Positions 16,662 to 28,154 of a stretch of 57,083 bases of DNA are shown piece by piece. The DNA comes from Acidobacteriota bacterium. GTDB lineage: Bacteria; Acidobacteriota; Blastocatellia; RBC074. The stretch spans positions 1 through 57,083 of the forward strand of contig JAJVID010000065.1 in assembly GCA_022072205.1 (NCBI GenBank), given 5' to 3'. The notes beneath the pieces were generated by a model. That model made no database searches. It was not told the DNA's origin and saw only the letters and a program-made list of their open reading frames with translations. The first letter of the stretch is position 1. Every line of letters begins with the position of its first letter. The translations under genes and the position numbers were made by a program.

Positions 16662-17936
16662 TCACCCGGTCGCCACTGCGCGCGCGGCGCCGCCCGCTTT
16701 CGGCGCCCGTTCACGCAGCCATTCACGTAACCATTCGCGCAATCGGCAGGCGCCGTCGAACACATTCACTCGCGGACGCCAGCCGGTCGCGCGCTGGAAT
16801 TTGCGTGTGTCCGACACGTAATAACGCTGGTCGCCGGTGCGCCATTCGCCGAACAGGATTTCGGGCGCCGCCCCTTCGATCTCGCTGATCAGGTTGATCA
16901 GTTCCAGCAGGCTGACGGTGTTGGACGGGCCGCCGCCGATGTTGAAAACCTGACCTGCGATGGCCGCCATGTTTTTCTGCGCCAGCATGAACGCATTGAT
17001 CAGGTCTTCGACAAACAGCGCGTCGCGCACCTGGCAGCCGTCGCCGTATATGTTGAGCGGCTGACCCTGAATAGCGCGAATCAGAAAGTGCGCGATCCAG
17101 CCCTGGTCTTCAGTGCCGAATTGCCGCGGGCCATAGACGCAACTCATCCTGAAGACGACCGCAGGCAGGCCGAAGCTGCGCGCGTAATCGGCGACGTACT
17201 GATCAGCAGCGCCTTTGGAACATCCGTAGGGGCTGTGAAAATCGAGAGGCCTATTTTCTCCAATGCCGTGCTCTCGAATTTTTCCGTCGCGCGGCTGATA
17301 CCGCGCCCCTTCGCGGACAAGCTCCACGTCTCCGAGCGCGCCATAGACCTTGTTGGTCGAGGTGAAGACGAGCGGCGGAGGATCGTTGAGCGCCCGCAGA
17401 GCTTCGAGCAGGTTCAACGCGCCGCGCGCGTTGATTTCGAAGTCGCTCGACGGATCGTCCAGTGAAGTGGTCACCGCAACCTGCGCCGCAAGGTGAAAGA
17501 CCTGTGACGAGCGTTCGACGGCCCGCGCCAGAGCCAATGCGTTGCGCACATCGGCGATTTCAACCTGCGCCCGATTCCCGTGCGTCGCGCGCAGCCATCG
17601 CAGGTTCTGCTCGACGCCGCGTCGCGACAGGTTGTCGAACAGCAACACCGGACGGCCTTCCGACAACAACCTGTGCGCGAGGTTTGCGCCCACGAACCCG
17701 GCGCCGCCCGTGATCAACACCGGACGATTGCGGCTTGCGCGCGCCGCTTCAAGCCCGCCGCCTTCACAAAGTCTGAAGAGCGATCTCGGCGAACCGTTGT
17801 CGAGTTTCAGTTCGGGATGGTAATCGTCCGAAACGGTTTCTGATGGGAAAGGAGGAGTCCGTTGTTCAGAACCGATGGTTATAGCCGCCGCCGTTTCATC
17901 GCCCGGCGCCGGCTTGTCGCCATCCGTCTCCTTCAT
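16662..17936 (-). CDS. NAD-dependent epimerase/dehydratase (extended SDR) with an N-terminal extension of about 70 aa
   Basis: 424-aa ORF. AAGAGGA SD upstream of the ATG at 17936. VLITGGAGFVGANLAHRLL glycine motif, and a YGCSKGAADQY catalytic YxxxK. Confidence 0.85.
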   Translation of the reverse strand: MKETDGDKPAPGDETAAAITIGSEQRTPPFPSETVSDDYHPELKLDNGSPRSLFRLCEGGGLEAARASRNRPVLITGGAGFVGANLAHRLLSEGRPVLLFDNLSRRGVEQNLRWLRATHGNRAQVEIADVRNALALARAVERSSQVFHLAAQVAVTTSLDDPSSDFEINARGALNLLEALRALNDPPPLVFTSTNKVYGALGDVELVREGARYQPRDGKIREHGIGENRPLDFHSPYGCSKGAADQYVADYARSFGLPAVVFRMSCVYGPRQFGTEDQGWIAHFLIRAIQGQPLNIYGDGCQVRDALFVEDLINAFMLAQKNMAAIAGQVFNIGGGPSNTVSLLELINLISEIEGAAPEILFGEWRTGDQRYYVSDTRKFQRATGWRPRVNVFDGACRLREWLREWLRERAPKAGGAARAVATG

Positions 17937-18231
17937 ACTGTCAATCCTCTTTCCGCAAGTTCGGCGCTGGCCTGCGTCACGCGGTCAACCGCCGATTGCG
18001 TTTCCAGCCACGAGGCCAACTCGATCAGCCCCACCTCAAGCGTCACGCGCGGCTCGTAAACCGGAACTCGCCGCGCTCATCACAACAATCTATTGGCAAA
18101 GTCACGCCGGGATTGATGGGGGAAATAGGGAAGATAGGCATTGTCAGAGAGTGAGAATTCAGGCGGCGCCTGACGCGCTTGCAGGACGCGTCCGTATTCA
18201 ATATCGGCTGAAAGATCTTTCCACCACTCAC
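17933..18231 (-). pseudogene. Possible decayed 3' remnant of a second SDR epimerase/dehydratase gene
   Basis: A frame ending in a TGA that overlaps ATG 17936 reads ...YEPRVTLEVGLIELASWLETQSAVDRV..., an SDR C-terminal-type motif. It is preceded by TGA TGA (18077-18082). The adjacent frame reads ...NPGVTLPIDCCDERGEFRF. No start codon is available. Confidence 0.35.
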
Positions 18232-18346
18232 CTCTTCCTCTTCGACAAACGAGCGGGCGCATAATATGCGTCTTTGTAGATGCTGTCGGTACGCCTGCGA
18301 ACAAATGGCGCGAGCAAGAGTGAGCGAAACCAGAGCTGACGCTTTT

Positions 18347-18457
18347 CACTCCGGGAGCGCGCGTATCCCCACGTGCGAGCGGTGGTAGGTTAATGGCTGA
18401 GACAATTCGGTCGTAGGGCTAAATTACGCACGCAGGGATGCGCCCGCTCCCGGAGTG
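18347..18457. repeat. CCGGGAGCG-terminus hairpin family, copy 1
   Basis: Arms CACTCCGGGAGCGCGCGTATCCCCACGTGCG (18347-18377) and CGCACGCAGGGATGCGCCCGCTCCCGGAGTG (18427-18457), about 4 mismatches, loop of about 49 nt. Confidence 0.85.
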
Positions 18458-18558
18458 TTATTTCAAGGTTTGCAAATAGCTGAGCAACGCTTGAAGCTCT
18501 TCACCGCTGATTTCGTCGGGCGGCGTTCGCAGCTTGCTGGTTCGGCGTCGGGCCATCG

Positions 18559-18852
18559 TCAGTGAACGATCTCCACCATATTGCGGATGACCGGATGCCC
18601 GCTCTTTTGATCAACGTATGCCGTGTTGTTGGCGAACTCTTTCGCGGCTTGCGGCCATTGCCTGTCGCCTGCTTGAGAATCTCCGGCGGGCCTCGGCGAG
18701 GCTTGCGGTCGGGAATTTGCGGAAGGATTCTGTTGCGGTTGACTGCTCTGACTTGTAAACGCCCCTTGCGCGCAGGCGTGAATCAGCGGAACGATAATGC
18801 CGATGATTATGAATAGGAAAATCCGGGAAAGCTTCCTGCCCTCAGCCTTCAA
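18559..18852 (-). CDS. Small exported/membrane-anchored protein, unknown function
   Basis: TTG start at 18852 with AAGGAGG 7 nt upstream, and a hydrophobic N-terminus (LSRIFLFIIIGIIVPLIHACAQG). A 32-codon ORF follows 2 nt after its stop in another frame. Confidence 0.5.
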   Translation of the reverse strand: MKAEGRKLSRIFLFIIIGIIVPLIHACAQGAFTSQSSQPQQNPSANSRPQASPRPAGDSQAGDRQWPQAAKEFANNTAYVDQKSGHPVIRNMVEIVH

Positions 18853-18918
18853 GCTTACACCTCCTTGAAGAACTCATCACAGGATGAGCGCCGGTATGAA
18901 CCAGATTGAGAACGATCG

Positions 18919-18975
18919 CAAAGAAAAAGACTGTCCGGATAGCCGCCTCCCCCAAGGCTATACAACCCGGACAGT
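18919..18975 (-). terminator. Rho-independent terminator (minus strand)
   Basis: Minus-strand stem GACTGTCCGG-GTTGT-ATAGCC...GGCTAT-CCGGACAGTC (18929-18975) followed by TTTTTCTTT. Confidence 0.75.
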
Positions 18976-19311
18976 CCAAAACCCCGTCACGTTGCGGAAC
19001 TTGCTCCCCAACAAGCTCCGGCAGATGTCCCTGCTTCATCGTCGTGCGGGATGAGAATCAGTAACTTCTCACGGCCTTGCATTTTGCAATCGGCGCGCCA
19101 TAAATTCTCATTAGACGCAAGAAGGCAGGCACTTCTCATTAACTCTAAGAATCGCTTAGGTAAATGCGCGCTCTTCAGCAATGAACTCAGATTCAAAATC
19201 TATCTCCAAAATTCAGAACGAACAAAAGACAGACGGGCAGGTTGTACTGAGCCGCTACAGGTGTCGCTGCGCAATACACAACCAGGCTAGCTGCAATTCA
19301 GGTGATGTTAT

Positions 19312-19749
19312 TCAGAAGCCGAACGCGGCGACAATGTAAGGAGTGAGCAAAACGAATCTATCGTGCAGGTACTCCAACACGAATCCGAAGACGAACCAGA
19401 CGGGAAAGTAATCCCAGCTTATCAGCCCGTGCAGATGATGGCGGCAGGAAGTGTAATCCCAGGGGCAGACGCCGACCATTCGCTTCAACCCCCATCCGGC
19501 CGCATACTCGACGGCCCAGATGCCCGCAACGTAGATTATCCCTCGCGCCACCCACGGCAGCGCGCGCGCCGCGTCGTGCAGCGGTTCGAACAGGAGCGCA
19601 GCCAATCCATAGAGCGGGAAGCTCCACAAATACGATTGGCCTTTCAACCGCCAGTCTCCTGCCCCATTTCTCCATGCATCTTCAATCGCTGACCAGAATA
19701 CTTCCACGCACCATCCCAACAACCCATAAAGCAGAAATCGTGTGAGCAT
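19312..19749 (-). CDS. Polytopic membrane protein, DUF1113 / putative ABC-transporter type IV-like
   Basis: ORF 19312..19806. The probable start is the ATG at 19749 (MLTRFLLYGLLGWCVEVFWSAIED...). Several hydrophobic Trp-rich segments. Confidence 0.6.
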   Translation of the reverse strand: MLTRFLLYGLLGWCVEVFWSAIEDAWRNGAGDWRLKGQSYLWSFPLYGLAALLFEPLHDAARALPWVARGIIYVAGIWAVEYAAGWGLKRMVGVCPWDYTSCRHHLHGLISWDYFPVWFVFGFVLEYLHDRFVLLTPYIVAAFGF

Positions 19750-20049
19750 ACATACTTTGCAGCCTGTTCCGTATTCTTCTTCGAAGCAGTTACAAACCAA
19801 ACGCAATTTTTTCTACCGCCCGGTTTTCAGTCTGTCGGCGCCTTTCCGCACCCTTGCCCGAAAATGCCCACGAATTCGGTCGGCGCGCCGATTGCACCAA
19901 CTCAAACCAGACCAAATAAGACAAAGTAAGAAGGCCGGTCAGGGCGTATCGCGGCGGGACATAGAATGTCCTGCCGCAAGACGGTGCGGATCAGCCGAAA
20001 AAATTTTTATGGCGAGTTCCGCACGCGGCTGACCAAAGGTTCAAACACA

Positions 20050-22965
<2,916 letters not shown>

Positions 22966-23004
22966 TGTCCTGTGATAAGGCATCGAAAAAATGTCCGATA
23001 ACTG

Positions 23005-23112
23005 ATGGCGTTTGAAAATTAACCACAACAACAGCGTAGGGGCGGGTTTTCCCCGCCCTGATCCGCTATCAAGATGGCAGGGCGGGGAAAACCCGCCCCT
23101 ACGCTGTTGTTG
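23005..23112. repeat. MITE-like palindromic element (GTAGGGGCGGGTTTTCCCCGCCC family), copy 2
   Basis: Tail ATGGCGTTTGAAAATTAAC plus arms CAACAACAGCGTAGGGGCGGGTTTTCCCCGCCC (23026-23058) and the reverse complement at 23080-23112. It lies between treY and treS. Confidence 0.9.
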
Positions 23113-23147
23113 CAGTATCTACTCTCGGACACTTTTGGTGAAACGTT

Positions 23148-24815
23148 ATGAGTGTTGAAAGCGCAATCCATTCTGATCCGCCCCGGCCTGATCCGCTCTG
23201 GTACAAAGACGCGGTCTTTTACGAAGTTTACGTGCGCGGCTTTTACGACTCGAACGCCGACGGGATCGGCGACTTTCGCGGGCTGACCGAGAAGCTCGAT
23301 TATTTGGAATGGCTGGGCGTTGATTGCCTGTGGCTGCTGCCGATGTACCCGTCGCCGTTGCGCGACGGCGGTTACGACATCTCGGATTACTATTCGATCC
23401 TGCCGGAATACGGGACGCTCGACGATTTCAAAAATTTTCTCGCGGCGGCGCACGCGCGCGGCCTGCGAGTGCTCACCGATCTGGTGATCAATCACACTTC
23501 CGACGAACACCCCTGGTTCAAGGAGTCGCGCGCCTCGCTGAATTCGCCGAAGCGCGATTGGTACGTGTGGAGCGATACCGATTTGAAATACGCGGACGCG
23601 AGGATCATCTTTCTCGACACCGAGCGTTCCAACTGGGCGTGGGACGAACATTCGGGCCAGTTCTACTGGCATCGCTTCTTCAGCCATCAGCCCGATCTCA
23701 ACTACGACAACCCTGAAGTCCGGCAGGCGATGCTCGACGTCGTTCGCTTCTGGTTCGATCTCGGCGTTGACGGTTTAAGGCTCGACGCGATCCCTTATCT
23801 TTACGAACGAGAGGAAACGAATTGCGAGAACCTGCCCGAAACGCACGCTTTCATCAAGCTCCTGCGCCGCTTCGTTGACGAACACTACTCCGGCCGGTTG
23901 TTGCTGGCCGAAGCTAACCAGTGGCCCGAAGACGTCGTGGCTTATTTCGGCGAAGGCGATGAATGCCACATGTGCTATCACTTCCCGATTATGCCGCGAT
24001 TGTTCATGGCGCTGCGCCAGGAAGACCGGCGCCCGATAATCGAAATTCTGAATCGCACTCCGGCCATCCCCGAAAACGCGCAATGGGGGATGTTCCTGCG
24101 TAATCACGACGAGTTGACGCTGGAGATGGTGACCGATGAAGAGCGCGATTACCTTTACGCCGAATACGCCAATGACCGGCGGATGCGGCTCAACCTCGGC
24201 ATCCGCCGCCGGCTGGCGCCGTTGATGGACAATGGGCGCAGGCGAATCGAGTTGCTCAACGCGCTGCTCTTCAGCCTGCCGGGCAGCCCGTTTCTGTATT
24301 ACGGAGACGAGATCGGGATGGGCGACAACATTTATCTGGGCGACCGCGACGGCGTGCGGACGCCTATGCAATGGTCGCTCGACCGCAACGCCGGATTTTC
24401 AAGAGCCGATTTCGCGCAATTGTATTTCCCGATAAATATGGACCCGGTCTACGGCCATCAGTCGGTCAACGTCGAAGCGCAGCAGCGCCATTCGACCTCG
24501 CTGTTGCACTGGATGCGCCAGATAATCAAATTGAGGAAGAAGCATCCGGTCTTCGGGCGCGGCTCGCTCGAATTCCTCAGACCGGAGAACAGAAAGGTTC
24601 TGGCCTTCACGCGAAGTTACGCGGGCGAAACCGTGCTGTGCGTCTACAACCTCGCGCGATCATCGCAGCCGGTGCAACTCGACCTGAGCCAGTATCAGGG
24701 AAGAACGCCCGTGGATTTGCAATACCAGTCGCCATTCCCGCGCATCGAGGAACGTCCCTACCAGCTCGCGCTCAACGAATACGGATTTTACTGGCTCCTG
24801 CTGGCGAAGCCCTGA
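23148..24815 (+). CDS. treS: Trehalose synthase / maltose alpha-D-glucosyltransferase (GH13)
   Basis: 555-aa ORF: [107 protein letters not shown]. Confidence 0.9.
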   Translation: MSVESAIHSDPPRPDPLWYKDAVFYEVYVRGFYDSNADGIGDFRGLTEKLDYLEWLGVDCLWLLPMYPSPLRDGGYDISDYYSILPEYGTLDDFKNFLAAAHARGLRVLTDLVINHTSDEHPWFKESRASLNSPKRDWYVWSDTDLKYADARIIFLDTERSNWAWDEHSGQFYWHRFFSHQPDLNYDNPEVRQAMLDVVRFWFDLGVDGLRLDAIPYLYEREETNCENLPETHAFIKLLRRFVDEHYSGRLLLAEANQWPEDVVAYFGEGDECHMCYHFPIMPRLFMALRQEDRRPIIEILNRTPAIPENAQWGMFLRNHDELTLEMVTDEERDYLYAEYANDRRMRLNLGIRRRLAPLMDNGRRRIELLNALLFSLPGSPFLYYGDEIGMGDNIYLGDRDGVRTPMQWSLDRNAGFSRADFAQLYFPINMDPVYGHQSVNVEAQQRHSTSLLHWMRQIIKLRKKHPVFGRGSLEFLRPENRKVLAFTRSYAGETVLCVYNLARSSQPVQLDLSQYQGRTPVDLQYQSPFPRIEERPYQLALNEYGFYWLLLAKP

Positions 24816-24833
24816 AGCGCGAAGCATGCGTAT

Positions 24834-25745
24834 TCACGCTTCCCGCGATGCGTTCGCCGCCGCCTGCGAATGGGCTTTCGCCGAAATTCCCGAATGCGCG
24901 CCGCTCTCGCGCCATCGCCGACGCAATCGCCGGCGCAATTCATCCTTCTCGCGCTTGATCGGCAGCCGGTAACGCGTTCCCAGGCTGATGTCCTGCGGCC
25001 TGGGCCGGGCTGTGCCGTCAGCGATCATTCGCACCGCGTCGGTCATCAACCGGACGCAATGCTCCATCATCCGCGCGCGATAATCGGCGATGAAGCGCTC
25101 GAAATCGAGGCCGTAAGAATAATCGTAGACGAGCGGCAAGGTTTCCTGAACGAGTATCTCGCCGGTATCAACCTTCGGCTCGACGAAATGCACCGTGACT
25201 CCGACCTCGCGCTCTCCGTTATACAACTCCCAGAAAACCGGAGGCCCGCCGCGATAGTAAGGCGCCCGCCCCTGATGAATGTTCACCGAACCGAGGCGCG
25301 GGATTTTGAACACGGACTCTTTCAGGATGTTCGTTCCCCAAACGATACCCAGGTCAGCCTCCGCCGCGCGCATCAGGGCGATGGATTCTTCGGTGTGATA
25401 GTTCGACAGGAAATGCGCAGGCGTCCCCAGGAGTCCGGCGGTTTTGCCGAGCGCCCGCTGATTCTCGCGGATCTGACTGGTTTCATCAGAAGAGGAATCC
25501 TTACGATTCGCAAGCAGGCGAAGCCCCTTCATCACTGTGGCGGCATATCCTTCGTAACGTATCGAACGGCGCAGTTTATCGCGCAGGCCGTAAATCCGGC
25601 GGTTGACCTCTGTCTCGATGAACATGCCGGCGACCTCCACGCCGTCAATCTTTATCAAATTCCCCAGCAGGGACTCAGCGTCGCCGTGCGTGAGCACAAT
25701 TACACGTAGTTTTTTGTTATCCGAACTCATAGCGTTCACTTCCAT
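24834..25745 (-). CDS. Formyltransferase-family protein (Fmt/PurN-like N-domain)
   Basis: ORF 24834..25904. Probable start at ATG 25745 or 25730 (MSSDNKKLRVIVLTHGD...). SVNIHQGRAPYYRGGPPVFWELYNGEREVGVTVHFVEPKVDTGEIL matches the formyltransferase core. Confidence 0.75.
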   Translation of the reverse strand: MEVNAMSSDNKKLRVIVLTHGDAESLLGNLIKIDGVEVAGMFIETEVNRRIYGLRDKLRRSIRYEGYAATVMKGLRLLANRKDSSSDETSQIRENQRALGKTAGLLGTPAHFLSNYHTEESIALMRAAEADLGIVWGTNILKESVFKIPRLGSVNIHQGRAPYYRGGPPVFWELYNGEREVGVTVHFVEPKVDTGEILVQETLPLVYDYSYGLDFERFIADYRARMMEHCVRLMTDAVRMIADGTARPRPQDISLGTRYRLPIKREKDELRRRLRRRWRESGAHSGISAKAHSQAAANASREA

Positions 25746-26093
25746 CGTTCTGTCGTTTTGCGATGGTTGGATTAAGCAGCGAATCAGCCGGACTGAGAGG
25801 CGGGGGGCCTCTATGAACTGATCGTTTTCGTTGTAAGGAGGGATAAGAGATGGAAAAGCAGAGATGCAATAAGATTGAATAAAGAAAAATGCGGGACGGA
25901 TCAATTATCTCAGCCGGCGCCTTTTTTTCCTTTTGTATTCTTGCATCTCTTATTTCCAACGCTCCATTTTTCAAGGCGCAAGGCCAGCGGTTGGCGTTGC
26001 TGGCCGCGCCTGTAATTGTGGGATTCGAGGATTATCCGGGCGAAATATCCGCTTCTTTAAACGGGCGGTTAGTGAGCAAACTCCGAGCCAGAG

Positions 26094-28154
26094 TTATCTG
26101 CCAGAGTCATCTATATGCTGCCATTGCGCAGTCTTCACATAACATCGCAATACCTCAGCGACGCTCCACGCCTGGGCCACGCAACCGCGCGGCGCAAACG
26201 GCGGTTCGGCGTCGAAGACTTCGCTGATCGAACCCACGCTGTCCTCGCTCAAATGCGGCTTGAATCCTTCAAGGAATCGCCGGGCTTCCTGAAAATGGTC
26301 GGGCCGCGTTCTGAGCCAGGCGTCAATGAACGGCCCGATCAGCCACGCCCAGACCGTCCCCTGGTGATAAGCCGCGTCGCGCGCGCGCAGGTCGCCATCG
26401 TACATCGGTTTGTAATCGGGGTGATCGGGGGCGAGCGAGCGAAGGCCGACCGGCGTCAACAGACGGTCGGTGACCACGTCGAGGACAGGTCTCCACCTGC
26501 TTTCGATCAAGACCGGATATTTCAGCGAGAAGGAAAGTATCTGATTCGGGCGGCAGGACGCGTCGTCTCCGTGCTCGCCATCAACGACGTCGTAAAGATA
26601 ACCGCCTCTGGCATACCAGAACCGGTCATTGAATGAACGGCCCGTCATTTCAGACTGCTCGATGATTGTTTGCGCCGCAGCCACACTGTCTTCCTCGCTC
26701 ACCCATTCGGCCATCAGCCGCAGCGCGTTGTACCAGAGCGCGTTGATCTCGACGGCCTTGCCCCGGCGCGGTGTGACCACCCAATCGCCGCACTTCGCGT
26801 CCATCCACGTGAGTTGATAGCCTTCGGCGCCCTGACTCAACAGCCCATCGCGCGGGTCAACGCAGATACCGAACCGCGTGCCTTCGATGTGATGCCTGAT
26901 GATATTGCGCAGCGTGGGCAGCACCTGCCGCAGCGTATTGCGGTCGCCGGTCGCGCGCAGGTAACGATCCAACGCGTGAAAGAACCAGAGCGTCGCATCG
27001 GCGGTATGATAACGCCCTTCCGTTTCGCCTTCGGGGAACATATTCGGGATCAACCCGTCGCGCACGTAATGCGCGAAGGTGCGCAGGATCCATCCCGCTT
27101 CGGTGAAGCGCCCGGTAATCAGGGCCAGGCCTTCGAGTCCGATCATCGTGTCGCGTCCCCAATCAGTAAACCAGTAATAACCGGCGATCATCGTTCGCAC
27201 ATCGTCGCCTACGGCCTGCGCCCGCGCGGTTTCTTCAATGCGTCCGACCGGCACGATGATGAATTGATCGGCGGCCAGCGTCAGTTCAGCGCCGAATTCG
27301 TCCTGCGCGGGTGGCGCGACGATTGAAAGCAAACGCTGGCGGCGCACGCGTTCGGCTGGCGGCGCTTCGTGCGAAGAGATGGCGAAGATCGTCGGCCACG
27401 ACTCAGTCGAAGCGATCAGCGTCACGTCTTCGCCGGGATTCAGCGTGACCTGAAAATAGCCCGGACTCCACAGCACTCCCTGCGAATCGTAACCGCGCCT
27501 GGCTTCGGCTCGATAGAACTGATCTTTGATGACGCCCCAGTCGAGCGTCAGCGCGACTTCACGGCCACGCAACCGCAATCTCAGCGGCGGATATTCGGGT
27601 CTTCCTCTGATCTCGTATCTGTCTTCGACAATCGTCAGCGTGTACGGCTCCGGCAACGGATCACTGACGCGGCCCTCGTGCGGGCGGAAATGGAAGGCTG
27701 GACGTAGTTCCAATCGCACAGGCTCGACGCCCGACAACAATTGATAAGTCACGTGCACGGTGTTTTGCAGGTGCGGCATCAGCAGGCGTTTTTCAAGCGT
27801 CAGGCCGTTGATCTCGTAACGCCAAACGGGCAAGCCCATTTCAAGGCGGAATTCTGCCAGACTCTCCGCGCCGAGTAATTCCAGGCTGCCCGCGCTGCAT
27901 TCATCGCATGAAAGCTGAATGATCGAGCCGCCCGTCAGCCACAGGCGTTCGCTCAGATGATTGAACATCATCGTGCGGCCCAGCGGCGCGGGCAACGCGG
28001 CGACCAGCAGGCCGTGAAAGCGCCGTGTCGGAACGCCGGCGATTGTGCCTGACGCGTAACCGCCGAGGCCGTTGGTGACCAGCCATTCCTGTCTGAGAAA
28101 AGTTTCCGCGTCCTGCTTTCCTGGCCACTCGATGCGGCGAACCGGGTCAATCAT
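26094..28154 (-). CDS. Glycogen debranching enzyme, amylo-alpha-1,6-glucosidase (GDE_C) type
   Basis: ORF 26094..28172. The ATG at 28154 follows AAGGAAGAG. N-terminus EWLVTNGLGGYASGTIAGVPTRRFHGLLVAAL, and a (alpha/alpha)6 region ...GYYWFTDWGRDTMIGLEGL...AYHQGTVWAWLIGPF. Confidence 0.9.
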   Translation of the reverse strand: MIDPVRRIEWPGKQDAETFLRQEWLVTNGLGGYASGTIAGVPTRRFHGLLVAALPAPLGRTMMFNHLSERLWLTGGSIIQLSCDECSAGSLELLGAESLAEFRLEMGLPVWRYEINGLTLEKRLLMPHLQNTVHVTYQLLSGVEPVRLELRPAFHFRPHEGRVSDPLPEPYTLTIVEDRYEIRGRPEYPPLRLRLRGREVALTLDWGVIKDQFYRAEARRGYDSQGVLWSPGYFQVTLNPGEDVTLIASTESWPTIFAISSHEAPPAERVRRQRLLSIVAPPAQDEFGAELTLAADQFIIVPVGRIEETARAQAVGDDVRTMIAGYYWFTDWGRDTMIGLEGLALITGRFTEAGWILRTFAHYVRDGLIPNMFPEGETEGRYHTADATLWFFHALDRYLRATGDRNTLRQVLPTLRNIIRHHIEGTRFGICVDPRDGLLSQGAEGYQLTWMDAKCGDWVVTPRRGKAVEINALWYNALRLMAEWVSEEDSVAAAQTIIEQSEMTGRSFNDRFWYARGGYLYDVVDGEHGDDASCRPNQILSFSLKYPVLIESRWRPVLDVVTDRLLTPVGLRSLAPDHPDYKPMYDGDLRARDAAYHQGTVWAWLIGPFIDAWLRTRPDHFQEARRFLEGFKPHLSEDSVGSISEVFDAEPPFAPRGCVAQAWSVAEVLRCYVKTAQWQHIDDSGR

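Noticed and set aside
18458-18852. Decayed or frameshifted c-type cytochrome. The small exported protein is followed by a 32-codon ORF ending ...PPDEISGEELQALLSYLQTLK (a cytochrome-c-like tail), and ANNTAYVDQKSG is a few substitutions away from a CxxCH context.
   Set aside because: No CxxCH motif is present, the resemblance rests on short motifs only, and a frameshift is required. This is not supportable without a database comparison.
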